The notes beneath the pieces were generated by a model that made no database searches, was not told where the DNA came from, and saw nothing but the letters and a program-made list of their open reading frames with translations. The translations under genes and the position numbers were made by a program. A stretch of DNA of 63,853 nt, counting the filler, from Vicugna vicugna (taxonomy: Eukaryota): assembly GCA_013265495.1 (NCBI GenBank). It is 73 parts of 72 records of this genome, joined end to end, with 100 filler letters (N's around TTAATTAATTAA, not from the genome) between each part and the next. Parts side by side here need not be neighbours in the genome. Positions count along the whole stretch, not along the records: positions 37,571 to 38,312 come from MU061317.1; positions 38,413 to 39,259 come from MU061318.1; positions 39,360 to 40,180 come from PNXW01018457.1; positions 40,281 to 40,842 come from PNXW01018458.1; positions 40,943 to 41,411 come from PNXW01018459.1; positions 41,512 to 42,673 come from MU061319.1; positions 42,774 to 43,654 come from MU061321.1; positions 43,755 to 44,218 come from PNXW01018488.1; 65 more parts are not named here. The stretch is one strand, 5' to 3'. Shown here in pieces: positions 37,471 through 50,169 of the stretch; positions within the stretch are counted from its first letter, which is position 1, and each line of letters starts with the position of its first letter.

Positions 37471-39721
37471 NNNNNNNNNNNNNNNNNNNNNNNNNNNNNN
37501 NNNNNNNNNNNNNNTTAATTAATTAANNNNNNNNNNNNNNNNNNNNNNNNNNNNNNNNNNNNNNNNNNNNTCTATTTTACTTTTATAGGCCATCAACATC
37601 CTTCCAATAAATTATTTTTTTTAAATTAGTTAGAAATGGTTTTTATTGCTTGTAACCAAAGAAGCAACTTAGGTGTTACAGTTCCTAGCAGGAAACTGAG
37701 AGATCTTTAAGAGCTGCTTGGAGGACTTTGGCCCTTCTCCGTATTCTTTCTGGTCCCTCAGACCCTGCTTTCACTTGATTTTCCAGCCCTTTTCTGGAAT
37801 ATCTCCACCTGNNNNNNNNNNNNNNNNNNNNNNNNNNNNNNNNNNNNNNNNNNNNNNNNNNNNNNNNNNNNNNNNNNNNNNNNNNNNNNNNNNNNNNNNN
37901 NNNNNNNNNNNNNNNNNNNNNNNNNNNNNNNNNNNNNNNNNNNNNNNNNNNNNNNNNNNNNNNNNNNNNNNNNNNNNNNNNNNNNNNNNNNNNNNNNNNN
38001 NNNNNNNNNNNNNNNNNNNNNNNNNNNNNNNNNNNNNNNNNNNNNNNNNNNNNNNNNNNNNNNNNNNNNNNNNNNNNNNNNNNNNNNNNNNNNNNNNNNN
38101 NNNNNNNNNNNNNNNNNNNNNNNNNNNNNNNNNNNNNNNNNNNNNNNNNNNNNNNNNNNNNNNNNNNNNNNNNNNNNNNNNNNNNNNNNNNNNNNNAAGG
38201 GGGGATCCAGACGTCAGGAATTGGGCAAAAAGGAGGGGCATGGGCCAGATGCGGGAAACCCTGCATTGTGTAAACAATAGGGATCCCTGGGCAGAGAAAG
38301 AAAAGCAGGAACNNNNNNNNNNNNNNNNNNNNNNNNNNNNNNNNNNNNNNNNNNNNTTAATTAATTAANNNNNNNNNNNNNNNNNNNNNNNNNNNNNNNN
38401 NNNNNNNNNNNNCTAGGGCAGAGAAGGCCAAGGCCACAGCTTAACTGCTTGCTCATATACATTTTTGGCAAAGCCCTTGCTCCAAATGCAGGGCAGCCCT
38501 AAGAGTTATCAGGGGCCCCTCTCAGGATTTAGACCCCAGGGAGGCCCCAAGTACAAACCTGTGTCAGTGAATGATCTTGGGAACTGGGGCGGGAGGCTCT
38601 GCCCGCTGTCAGTAACAACTGTTAACGTCAGAGACAAACTTTCAAAGGTGGACACAGCTTCCTGCACAGTGCCCGGTTTTATCGAAACTCCTCTTCTGCT
38701 CCTAACTTCTGTTCTTAAAGTGTCTCAACCTTTGCCTAAATACATTTTAACATTAAGGACTTCAGCCATTTAACAAGCCATTATAAAATAAATGTCATTG
38801 TGTTTATTTTGATGTTCACTTATAGTTGCTACTTACTCTAGGTGCCCATACTGGAATATCAGAACTTCACAGACAAGATGAACTAGTCTAAGAATTTCTA
38901 AAAATTCTTCTAATTCTAAAAGCCTGTGATCTATGATAGCACAGTACAAGTCTTTTACTTCACNNNNNNNNNNNNNNNNNNNNNNNNNNNNNNNNNNNNN
39001 NNNNNNNNNNNNNNNNNNNNNNNNNNNNNNNNNNNNNNNNNNNNNNNNNNNNNNNNNNNNNNNNNNNNNNNNATTGTAAATATTATAATAACCTTCTCCT
39101 ATCTTCCTCCTTCCTGAGCCCTCACTTCTAAAACTCCTCTCCTAACCAATGGTAAGGAAACACTGGAACAAATATATAAGCAGGAGACATGTGGGCAGAC
39201 TTCTTCAAGTGTGCTTGGAAATCTAAAGATTCCAGCCAAACAAAAATGAATATAAATTTNNNNNNNNNNNNNNNNNNNNNNNNNNNNNNNNNNNNNNNNN
39301 NNNTTAATTAATTAANNNNNNNNNNNNNNNNNNNNNNNNNNNNNNNNNNNNNNNNNNNNCCAAGCATAACTTGGAGGGATAGCAAAGAAAAAGATGTTAC
39401 AAGGGACATGATGCATAAAATGGGGCTCTCTCATCCGCTCAATGAACCATCAGGACCAGGGAAAAATGACAACATGGTCTTTTGATTTGTTAAATAACCA
39501 AACAAATATATCTTATTAGCAACAGCAGCCTCGGCTCTGGGCATTTCTGAGGAATTAATGAGCAACACACATTTACAGCCCAAGGCAAAACTCTCCCAGC
39601 CTCTCAGAAATCCCAGGAAATGCCCCAGGCAGGCCTGCATCCTGATCGCTTAATTACCACTACTTCTCCGCTAGGCCTCACTCAGACCCTGCCGTCCCTC
39701 CTCCCTTTCTGGGCTCACAGA

Positions 39722-40018
39722 AGGCTGCACTTCCCAGCCTTCTGGTAACGAGTGGGGCCATTTAAGAAGCTCTGGTTAATAAAATGGAAACAGAAATGGC
39801 ATCGGCATTGCAGGACCATCAGTGAAATGCCCAGGCAGGAGTCTCCAGCCATTCCGGGGACCTGCCCGGGCCCTGATGCGCTGGGGGCCAGGGGGCCACA
39901 AGGCCACGAGGCCACCGGCGCCCTGAACCACCAAGCGGACCCACAGTGAACGTGGGTGAGAAATCAACCCGCGCTGCGTTAAACCGCTGAGACGATGAGC
40001 TTGCTCACAGCAGCAGCA
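39722..40018 (+). mobile_element. MLT1-type (ERVL-MaLR) LTR remnant
   Basis: CACTTCCCAGCCT..GTGGGGCCAT start and GTGAGAAATCAACC..GTTAAACCGCTGAGA..ACAGCAGCA end resemble MLT1 consensus landmarks. Confidence 0.6.
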
Positions 40019-40280
40019 GAACCCAGCCAACTCACTTCCCAATGGAATGAGAATACGGTGTTCCAATGGAAAAGCACAGCCCTCCACGGAAAGATCTGCC
40101 CAGCCGCATCCGTCGTTCCTCTTCAGAGTGGCAAGTAGGGTTGGCACCTGGACAAGCAACTCTGGGGCAGAATCCAGTGGNNNNNNNNNNNNNNNNNNNN
40201 NNNNNNNNNNNNNNNNNNNNNNNNTTAATTAATTAANNNNNNNNNNNNNNNNNNNNNNNNNNNNNNNNNNNNNNNNNNNN

Positions 40281-40447
40281 ATGCACCTTAGCCATCTAGG
40301 GCCAGTGTCCTGTTTTCTCCATCCTACATCCCCTCAGGGTGCACCGTCAGGTAAGGGGTGGGGGGTGAGGGGACTGCAGTGGCTGCTGGTTTGATGGCCA
40401 CAACATCCTTTGTTTACTGATATGGCAAGCGACATTGTTTGTCCACA
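40281..40447 (-). mobile_element. ERV LTR 5' portion
   Basis: Minus strand starts TGTGGACAAACAATGTCGCTTGCCATATCAGTAAACAAAGGATGTTG, resembling a recalled cetartiodactyl ERV1 LTR start. Confidence 0.6.
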
Positions 40448-41511
40448 ATATATAAATTACTTTTATTATGGCCATTTAAAAAGGATATCATGAATCTGGT
40501 TGGAAAGAAAGGTTTATATTTGAAAAGTAGAGATTTTATAGGTCTTGTACTTTGATAATAATCAAATCAAATCAAATCAAAATACATTATAAATGTATTT
40601 CTATAAAGATTAATATCCTTCAATATTCATGAATAAAATAGGAAATTACAAAAATTACAAAATAAAACAAATACAGCCAAAGCTATATTAAGAGGAAATG
40701 TATAGCTTTAGATATAAAGAATAAAGACAGAAATATAAGTAAATTAATACTTGTTTTAAGAAGTTAATACAAAGAACAATAGGATAAATAAATCTGAAAG
40801 AGAGGAGAGATAATCGTAAAACATAAAATTAATGAAAAGGAANNNNNNNNNNNNNNNNNNNNNNNNNNNNNNNNNNNNNNNNNNNNTTAATTAATTAANN
40901 NNNNNNNNNNNNNNNNNNNNNNNNNNNNNNNNNNNNNNNNNNGCTTTTGTCTGGGAGGCGGAGAGGGTATCACGGACACGCCTCACATGCCTTCCCCCAG
41001 TGGACGCGGGGAGACAGTAAACAGCTCACTGCACGAGCTGGCATTCAGGACCGCGCCCGATGCCTGAGCTTTTGTTGTCGGTGCTGTCGGTATTATTGTG
41101 CATGTCACTGCCCTGGTCTTTAACAAAAATAACTCAGCAGACAAGTCTTAGTCTTCCCTGAAGCTATTCAGCCCTGAACTACTTAAAGTTTGCGGCATTC
41201 AGTGATTTAACACAGTCAAGCAGCAAGAGCACCACAGAGCTTCAAAAAACCTGACGCAAGCCTCAGAGCAGCCCACACGCCGCCCTCAGCTGCACTGGCC
41301 TTCGCGAAGGCAACCATCTTTAAACGTGCTGGGTCAGCTTCGTGTTCTGCTCAGCGTTAGGCACACAAAACCATCCAAAACCATCACGGCCCATGAATGT
41401 CAGTGGGACCANNNNNNNNNNNNNNNNNNNNNNNNNNNNNNNNNNNNNNNNNNNNTTAATTAATTAANNNNNNNNNNNNNNNNNNNNNNNNNNNNNNNNN
41501 NNNNNNNNNNN

Positions 41512-42673
41512 TATATTCTAAATTCTATATTCAGTATTTATATTCTATATTCTACACTCTCTCTTCTGCATTCCACGTTCTAAATTCTGTGTTCTGTATT
41601 CTGATTTCCATATTCTATATTCTGTGTTCTACATTCTATATTCTGTATTCTATATCTGCATTCCTTATTCTATATTATATATTCTGTGTTCTACGTTCTA
41701 TATTCTAAATTATATATTCATTATTCTATATTCTATTTTCTAAATTCTGTGTGCTGCATTCCATGTTCTAAATTCTGGATTCTATATTCTCTATTCTATA
41801 TTCTATATTCTGTGTTCTACATNNNNNNNNNNNNNNNNNNNNNNNNNNNNNNNNNNNNNNNNNNNNNNNNNNNNNNNNNNNNNNNNNNNNNNNNNNNNNN
41901 NNNNNNNNNNNNNNNNNNNNNNNNNNNNNNNNNNNNNNNNNNNNNNNNNNNNNNNNNNNNNNNNNNNNNNNNNNNNNNNNNNNNNNNNNNNNNNNNNNNN
42001 NNNNNNNNNNNNNNNNNNNNNNNNNNNTCATCATTCCATGTTCTAAATTCTGTGTTCTATATTCTCTATTCTATATTCTATATTGTGTTTTCTTCATTTT
42101 ATACTCTACATGCGATATTTTGCATTCCGTAATCTATATTCTAATTTTTTAGTTATAATTCTAAATTCTAAACTCTATATTCAGTATTCTATTTTCTTTA
42201 TTCTAAATTCTGTATCCTGCATTCTATGTTCTAAATTCTGGGTTCTGTATTTTGTTTCCCATATTCTAAATTCTGTGTTCTACATTCTATATTCTAAATT
42301 CTATATTCAGTATTTGTATTCTATATTCTAAATTCTGTGTTCTGCATTATATATTCTAAATCCTTTATTCATAATTCTGTATTCTATATTCCAAATTCTG
42401 TGTTCAGCATTCCATTTTCAAAATTCTGTGTTCTATATACTCTATTCTTTATTCTATACTGTGTGTTCTTCATTTTATACTCTACATACTATATTTTGCA
42501 TTCCGTAATCTATATTCTAAATTCTGAGTTATAATTCTAAATTCTAAACTCTATATTCAGTATTCTATTTTCTATATTCTAAATTCTGTGCCCTGCATTC
42601 TATGTTCTAAATTCTGTATTCAGTATTATATTTTATATATTCTAAATTGTGTGTTTGCATTCCATGATCAAAT
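41512..42673. repeat. Satellite E with ~376-bp higher-order period
   Basis: TGCATTCCGTAATCTATATTCT at 42121 and 42497. Confidence 0.95.
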
Positions 42674-42773
42674 NNNNNNNNNNNNNNNNNNNNNNNNNNN
42701 NNNNNNNNNNNNNNNNNTTAATTAATTAANNNNNNNNNNNNNNNNNNNNNNNNNNNNNNNNNNNNNNNNNNNN

Positions 42774-43654
42774 ATGTTTGTCAAATCATTCATGTATGTA
42801 GCATGAAATGAACATGCAATATCATGTACATGGAATATATTCAAATTACATATCTCTAGGGTAGAATTCGCTCCAAGAATTTTTTTCTGGGATCAAAGTG
42901 TGATTCTTGAAACTGGTGATAGGAAGAAGCTACGAAGTCAAAGTAAATATTTCAGAGTGCATAGGTAACTTGTTTGGTGNNNNNNNNNNNNNNNNNNNNN
43001 NNNNNNNNNNNNNNNNNNNNNNNNNNNNNNNNNNNNNNNNNNNNNNNNNNNNNNNNNNNNNNNNNNNNNNNNNNNNNNNNNNNNNNNNNNNNNNNNNNNN
43101 NNNNNNNNNNNNNNNNNNNNNNNNNNNNNAGAGAGTTTTCTGGAGCCAAATGTCCGATTTTAGAACCTGGTGATAGGAAAAACCTATGAAGTCAGAGTAA
43201 ATAATTCTCAGTTTATATTCGCCTTGTTCGGAGAATGAAAGGTCAGGAATCCACATGCTCAGAAGTCACAAACGCATGATTGCCAAATCCGTCATACATG
43301 TAGCAAGTACGGAACCCTGAATGCCACGTTGTTGGAATTCATGTAAATTACATATCTGTTAGGTTGAAATCGCTCCAGAAAAATTTTTCTGTGAAAAATG
43401 CATGAATTCGAACTCGATGTTAGGGAAAGCTTGTGAAAATGTGTACACGTGTCTAGATGANNNNNNNNNNNNNNNNNNNNNNNNNNNNNNNNNNNNNNNN
43501 NNNNNNNNNNNNNNNNNNNNNNNNNNNNNNNNNNNNNNNNNNNNNNNNNNNNNNNNNNNNNNNNNNNNNNAATATCATCTGAATCTATTCAAATTACATA
43601 TGTCTAGACTAGAATCCGCTCCAAGAGGGTTTTTTCTGAGATCAAAGTGTGATT
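42774..43654. repeat. Satellite C
   Basis: Colinear with the 13241-13978 unit. Confidence 0.93.
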
Positions 43655-43754
43655 NNNNNNNNNNNNNNNNNNNNNNNNNNNNNNNNNNNNNNNNNNNNTT
43701 AATTAATTAANNNNNNNNNNNNNNNNNNNNNNNNNNNNNNNNNNNNNNNNNNNN

Positions 43755-44218
43755 GGAACACAAAGTTTCTTCTCAGTTGAAAACTCCAGAACATGCATAT
43801 GAATGGGGATGTTCCACTTCCAACTCGATTTACAGTGAAAACTGCAGGAACATCAATCCGGCACTAGGAAATAGTCTGAGAATCCAGAGTAAATGTTTCT
43901 CCTGCAACCCGTTCCCTTTGTGCTGGATGAACGAACGTCTCTCCACATGCTCATTTCTGAGAGATAAGTGTGTGTGAAAGCCGTCCTTCACCTAGCTTGA
44001 AGGGAACACAAAGTTTCAAAAAGTTTCTTTTCAGTTGCCAACTCCAATCCATACATATATATGGGGAGGTACAAGCTCCAACTCGTTTTTACATTGAAAA
44101 CGGTAGGCACTTCAAACCGGCACTAGGAAACAGACTGAGAAACCAGACTCAGTGTTTCTCCTGCAACGCGTTTCCTTGGTGCTGGATGAACGAATGTCCC
44201 TCCACATGCTCAGTTCTG
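43755..44218. repeat. Satellite B (reverse orientation)
   Basis: Nearly two monomers; small local duplication CAAAGTTTCAAAAAGTTTC near 44009. Confidence 0.94.
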
Positions 44219-44318
44219 NNNNNNNNNNNNNNNNNNNNNNNNNNNNNNNNNNNNNNNNNNNNTTAATTAATTAANNNNNNNNNNNNNNNNNNNNNNNNNN
44301 NNNNNNNNNNNNNNNNNN

Positions 44319-44814
44319 TCAACAGAAAAAGAAAGTAAAGAAACAATCCCCTTCAAAATAGCATCCAAAGTAATAAAATATCTAGGAATAAACCTAACCA
44401 ATGACGTGAAAGACTTATACACAGAAAACTATAAACCAATGAGGAAGGAAATTAAAGAAGACTTAAAAAAATGGAAAGATATTCCATGCTCTTGGATTGG
44501 AAGAATCAATATTGTTAAAATGGTCACACTGCCCAAGGCAATCTACAGATTTAATGCAATCCCTATCCAATTACCCAGGACATANNNNNNNNNNNNNNNN
44601 NNNNNNNNNNNNNNNNNNNNNNNNNNNNNNNNNNNNNNNNNNNATGGAACCATCAAAGACCTAGAATTGCCAAAGCATTACTGAAGAGAAAGAAAGAGGC
44701 TGGAGGAATAACTCTCCCAGACTTCAGACAATACTATAGAGCTACAGGCATCAAGACAGCATGGTATCCATACAAAAACAGACATATAGACAAATGGAAC
44801 AGAATAGAGAGCCC
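44319..44814 (+). mobile_element. LINE-1 ORF2 fragment (downstream of RT core), well preserved
   Basis: [48 protein letters not shown]; after the gap [15 protein letters not shown]. Confidence 0.97.
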
Positions 44815-44914
44815 NNNNNNNNNNNNNNNNNNNNNNNNNNNNNNNNNNNNNNNNNNNNTTAATTAATTAANNNNNNNNNNNNNNNNNNNNNNNNNNNNNN
44901 NNNNNNNNNNNNNN

Positions 44915-46504
44915 TCGTGCATTTTTCACAGAAAAATAGTTTTGGAGCGATTTCCACCTTACAGATATGTAATATACATGTATTCCAACAGCATGGCATT
45001 CTGGGTTCCGTACATGGTACATGCATGACGGAATCGGCAATCATGCATTTCTGACTTGTGAGCATGTGGATTACTGACCTTTCATCCACCAAACAATGCA
45101 TATATACACTTAGGATTATTTACTCTGACTTCATAGATTTTACCTATCACCAGGTTCTAAACTGACATTTGGCACAAGGAATCACTCTTTGAACGAATTC
45201 TCACCAATAAACATGTAATTTTCATTGTTTACATAACCATGGTATTCTGTATTACGAACATGTTTCATGCATCACGGATTCCACATACTTGAATTTCTGA
45301 GTTGTAAATATGCGCATGACTGATGTTTCAAACACCAAACATGTTAAATATGCACTCTTAAATATTTACGTTGACTTCGTAGCTTCTTCCTATCACCAAT
45401 TTCATGAATCAAAATTTGATCCCGGAAAAACCCTCTTGGAGCGAAATCTACCCTAGAGATATGTAATTTGAATAGACTCCGTCTACATGATATTCCGTGT
45501 TCCGTACATGTTACANNNNNNNNNNNNNNNNNNNNNNNNNNNNNNNNNNNNNNNNNNNNNNNNNNNNNNNNNNNNNNNNNNNNNNNNNNNNNNNNNNNNN
45601 NNNNNNNNNNNNNNNNNNNNNNNNNNNNNNNNNNNNNNNNNNNNNNNNNNNNNNNNNNNNNNNNNNNNNNNNNNNNNNNNNNNNNNNNNNNNNNNNNNNN
45701 NNNNNNNNNNNNNNNNNNNNNNNNNNNNNNNNNNNNNNNNNNNNNNNNNNNNNNNNNNNNNNNNNNNNNNNNNNNNNNNNNNNNNNNNNNNNNNNNNNNN
45801 NNNNNNNNNNNNNNNNNNNNNNNNNNNNNNNNNNNNNNNNNNNNNNNNNNNNNNNNNNNNNNNNNNNNNNNNNNNNNNNNNNNNNNNNNNNNNNNNNNNN
45901 NNNNNNNNNNNNNNNNNNNNNNNNNNNNNNNNNNNNNNNNNNNNNNNNNNNNNNNNNNNNNNNNNNNNNNNNNNNNNNNNNNNNNNNNNNNNNNNNNNNN
46001 NNNNNNNNNNNNNNNNNNNNNNNNNNNNNNNNNNNNNNNNNNNNNNNNNNNNNNNNNNNNNNNNNNNNNNNNNNNNNNNNNNNNNNNNNNNNNNNNNNNN
46101 NNNNNNNNNNNNNNNNNNNNNNNNNNNNNNNNNNNNNNNNNNNNNNNNNNNNNNNNNNNNNNNNNNNNNNNNNNNNNNNNNNNNNNNNNNNNNNNNNNNN
46201 NNNNNNNNNNNNNNNNNNNNNNNNNNNNNNNNNNNNNNNNNNNNNNNNNNNNNNNNNNNNNNNNNNNNNNNNNNNNNNNNNNNNACAAATATACATACCT
46301 GAGTTGAGGTCATCTGAATTACTAATCTTTCCTCCTGTATAAAAGTAATATTTTCATCTAGACACGTGTACACATTATCACAAGCTTTCCCTAAAACCAG
46401 GTTCGAATTCATGCATTTTTTACAGAAAAATAGTTCTGGAGTGATTTCCACCAAATAGGGTGTAATTTACATGAATTACATCAACATGGCATTCCGGGTT
46501 CCGT
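44915..46504. repeat. Satellite C (reverse orientation)
   Basis: Reverse complement of the C unit on both sides of the gap. Confidence 0.93.
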
Positions 46505-47207
46505 NNNNNNNNNNNNNNNNNNNNNNNNNNNNNNNNNNNNNNNNNNNNTTAATTAATTAANNNNNNNNNNNNNNNNNNNNNNNNNNNNNNNNNNNNNNNN
46601 NNNNGTTTCCAAAGAATTTTTTTAAAACAATTGGATAATATTTTTAAATCCTTTTTAATATCTTTTCATGACAGTTTTCAGTGATAAGCATTACTTTTAA
46701 AATAATAGAATTCAGGCATATATCAAATTAATGTACATAGCAAGATTTACAAGACTGTCATTACAGGTAGCTTGGGGGAAGATGGGTGCCATTACTCTGT
46801 CCTTCCTCATATCTTTCCAACTACCTCTCTTCTGAATGAGTTGGTGTTTGTTTTCTATGAGTCCTGAAAAACGACAAAGTTCCGATGCAAGACCAATGAT
46901 GTGTAGCACTTTTATCCCTGAGAGAGGGCGCCAATAGCTCTTAGGTATTACAGTATGTATAGGTATTACGTGATACCATTTTCACTCTTATTCTTTCTGA
47001 CACACAGCATATATAGAAGACCAACAATATTTCCTCTTCCTGGTGAAATGATCTTTGAATCTCCTGGGTCCAGTGCTCAGAAATATGTGTCAGTTAGGAC
47101 CCCTCAGAAATGTATTGCAGTGTTTGAAAATTTAAAACTCCTCTCTTTCTGACATTCTCTCCTCATTTTGAGGGAATTGTTTATTTTTTCACTTAAACAG
47201 TAACTGT

Positions 47208-47349
47208 CCTGGTAGTAGCTCACAGTGAAAAAGAATATGAAAATGAATACATGTATATTCATGTATGACTGAAAAATTGTGGTGAACACCACAAATTGAC
47301 TCAACATTGAAAACTGTCTATAACTCAATAAAATTAAAAAAAAAAAAGG
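47208..47349 (+). mobile_element. Severely 5'-truncated LINE-1 insertion with poly(A) and TSD
   Basis: L1 3' tail, AATAAA and poly(A); ACAGTAACTGT repeated at 47197-47207 and 47350-47360. Confidence 0.88.
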
Positions 47350-47569
47350 ACAGTAACTGTGAGGAGAAGAAAGCAAATCTAGTTATTGTTTATCCCTGTG
47401 TATCTGGTCATGCTTTCACTGTTTATTGGAATCTTGTCTGCAATGCTCAATTGCCATCTTATGCATATANNNNNNNNNNNNNNNNNNNNNNNNNNNNNNN
47501 NNNNNNNNNNNNNTTAATTAATTAANNNNNNNNNNNNNNNNNNNNNNNNNNNNNNNNNNNNNNNNNNNN

Positions 47570-48041
47570 GGAATGCCTAAGCTCGTTTCCCCTGATCGTT
47601 TTCCTAATATCTCTGTGCCAGGGAATAGTAGGGGTGTTTGCAGAATTTCCCAGTGACATACGCTGCCTCCCCAAGGTCAGGGAAGGTATTTCCGGGACTT
47701 CCCGGAACAGGGTACTCCTGTGAATGAAGAGAGCTGCGTGCAGTTGTCTCTCGAGCTCCCCCACGCACTGACAATGGTTCCGGAATCCTGAGCGTGGGGA
47801 GGTTCCACCAACGGTCGGCAGCGCGTGGGTTCTAACGGAATGNNNNNNNNNNNNNNNNNNNNNNNNNNNNNNNNNNNNNNNNNNNNNNNNNNNNNNNNNN
47901 NNNNNNNNNNNNNNNNNNNNNNNNNNNNNNNNNNNNNGTGGCTGACTAGTTCAGGGAAGGTATTTCTCGGACTTCACCGTAGAAGGAAATCCAGTGACTT
48001 AAGAGAGCTGCGTGGAGTTGTCTCTCGCGCTCCCACACGCA
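47570..48041. repeat. Satellite A
   Basis: Matches the A monomer. Confidence 0.95.
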
Positions 48042-48141
48042 NNNNNNNNNNNNNNNNNNNNNNNNNNNNNNNNNNNNNNNNNNNNTTAATTAATTAANNN
48101 NNNNNNNNNNNNNNNNNNNNNNNNNNNNNNNNNNNNNNNNN

Positions 48142-48870
48142 CCAGCACACCCACGAAGAATACTTCTGGTATACTGAGTGTGGGTAATCACCTCCAAATG
48201 ACAGCAGCAAATGGGAACTTATAATATCATTTAGCTTGCTTTCCCTGAGTGTTTCCATTGGCCAGGTTGTGAGCGAAGTTGGGTGTAGGACACTAAATAT
48301 TAGTAATAGCGAGTGCCTCTCTCTGGGCAGTGGAGGTGTTTAAAATACATCCCCAAACTTGGAACAACTGTGCCCCCCAAGAAATGCGTCGACTCTGTTT
48401 CCCCAACTCCAGCACACACACGAAGACGGGTTGAGGTTTCCTGAGTGTGGGGAGGCACCTACAACTGACAGCAGGGCCTGGGTTCTAATCGAATCCATTA
48501 ACTTGTCTTCACTGATGGCTAGCCTAGCCGGGAGTGCAGGGGAATGTGAGGGTTGGGCTCTAAAACCAAGTATTATTGAGTGCCTCTCCACGGGATGTCA
48601 AGAGGTTTAACCCACAACCAAATATTTGGGAATACCTGTGCCCCCTGAAAGTTGCAAGGACTCTGTTTCCCCACCTTCAGCACACACACGATGTGGTGTT
48701 CTGGTATCCTGAGTGTGGGGAGAGGACATCCTTCAGTGTTTCCCAAGGCCGGGCTCTGAGCATAGTTGGGAGTTGGGCTCTAAAGCCATGTATAAGCGTG
48801 CGCCTCTTTATGTTCAGTGCAGGTATTTAAACTACATCCAAAACTGGGAACACCTGTGCCCTCATGAAGA
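48142..48870. repeat. Satellite D
   Basis: (C/T)CAGCACAC anchor at 48142, 48409, 48677 (periods 267, 268). Confidence 0.92.
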
Positions 48871-48970
48871 NNNNNNNNNNNNNNNNNNNNNNNNNNNNNN
48901 NNNNNNNNNNNNNNTTAATTAATTAANNNNNNNNNNNNNNNNNNNNNNNNNNNNNNNNNNNNNNNNNNNN

Positions 48971-50069
48971 GACTGAAGAGAGCTGCGTGGAGCTGTCTCT
49001 CGAGCTCCCCCCGCAATGACAATGTTTCCGGATTCCTGAGCGTGTTGAGGTTCCACCAACTGTCGGCAGCGCGTGGGTTCTAACGGAATGCCTAAGCTCG
49101 TCTCCCCTGAGGGTTTTCCTAATGTCTCTGTGCCAGGGAATGCTAGGGGTGATTGCAGGATATCCCAGTTTCCGAGGCTGCCTCNNNNNNNNNNNNNNNN
49201 NNNNNNNNNNNNNNNNNNNNNNNNNNNNNNNNNNNNNNNNNNNNNNNNNNNNNNNNNNNNNNNNNNNNNNNNNNNNNNNNNNNNNNNNNNNNNNNNNNNN
49301 NNNNNNNNNNNNNNNNNNNNNNNNNNNNNNNNNNNNNNNNNNNNNNNNNNNNNNNNNNNNNNNNNNNNNNNNNNNNNNNNNNNNNNNNNNNNNNNNNNNN
49401 NNNNNNNNNTGATTGAAGGATATCCCAGTGACCGAGGCTGCCTCCCCAAAATCAGGGAAGTAATTTCTAAGACTTCCCCGTACAGGGAAATCCTGTGACT
49501 GAAGAGAGCTGCGTGGAGTTTTCTCTCGAGCTCCGCCACACTCTGACAACGGTTCCGGAATCCTGAGCGTGGGGAGGTTCCACCAACGGTCGGCAGAGCG
49601 TGGGTTCAAACGGAATGCCTAAGCTCGTTTCCCCTGAGGGTTTTCCTAATGTCTCTGTGCCAGGGAATGCTAGGGGTGATTGCAGGATATCCCAGGGTCC
49701 GAGGCTGCCTCCCAAAGGTCAGGAAAGCTATTTCTCGGACTTCACCGTATATGGAACCCCTGTAACTGAAGAGAGCTGCGTGGAGTTGTCTCTCGAGCTC
49801 CCCAACGTACTGACAATGATTCCGGAATTCTGAGCGTGGGGAGGTTCCACCAACGGTCGGCAGTGCGTGGGTTCTAACGGAATGCTTACGCTCGACTCCC
49901 CTGAGGGTTTTCCAAATGTCTCTGTGTCAGGGAATGCTAGGGGTGTTTGCAGGATATCCCAGTGTCCGAGGCTGCCTCCCCAAGATGAGGGAAGGTATTT
50001 CTCGGACTTCCCCGAACAGGGAACACCTGTGAATGAAGAGAGCTGCGTGGAGTTGTCTCTTGAGCTCCC
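48971..50069. repeat. Satellite A
   Basis: GAAGAGAGCTGCGTGGAG at 49501, 49768, 50035 (period 267). Confidence 0.97.
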
Positions 50070-50169
50070 NNNNNNNNNNNNNNNNNNNNNNNNNNNNNNN
50101 NNNNNNNNNNNNNTTAATTAATTAANNNNNNNNNNNNNNNNNNNNNNNNNNNNNNNNNNNNNNNNNNNN

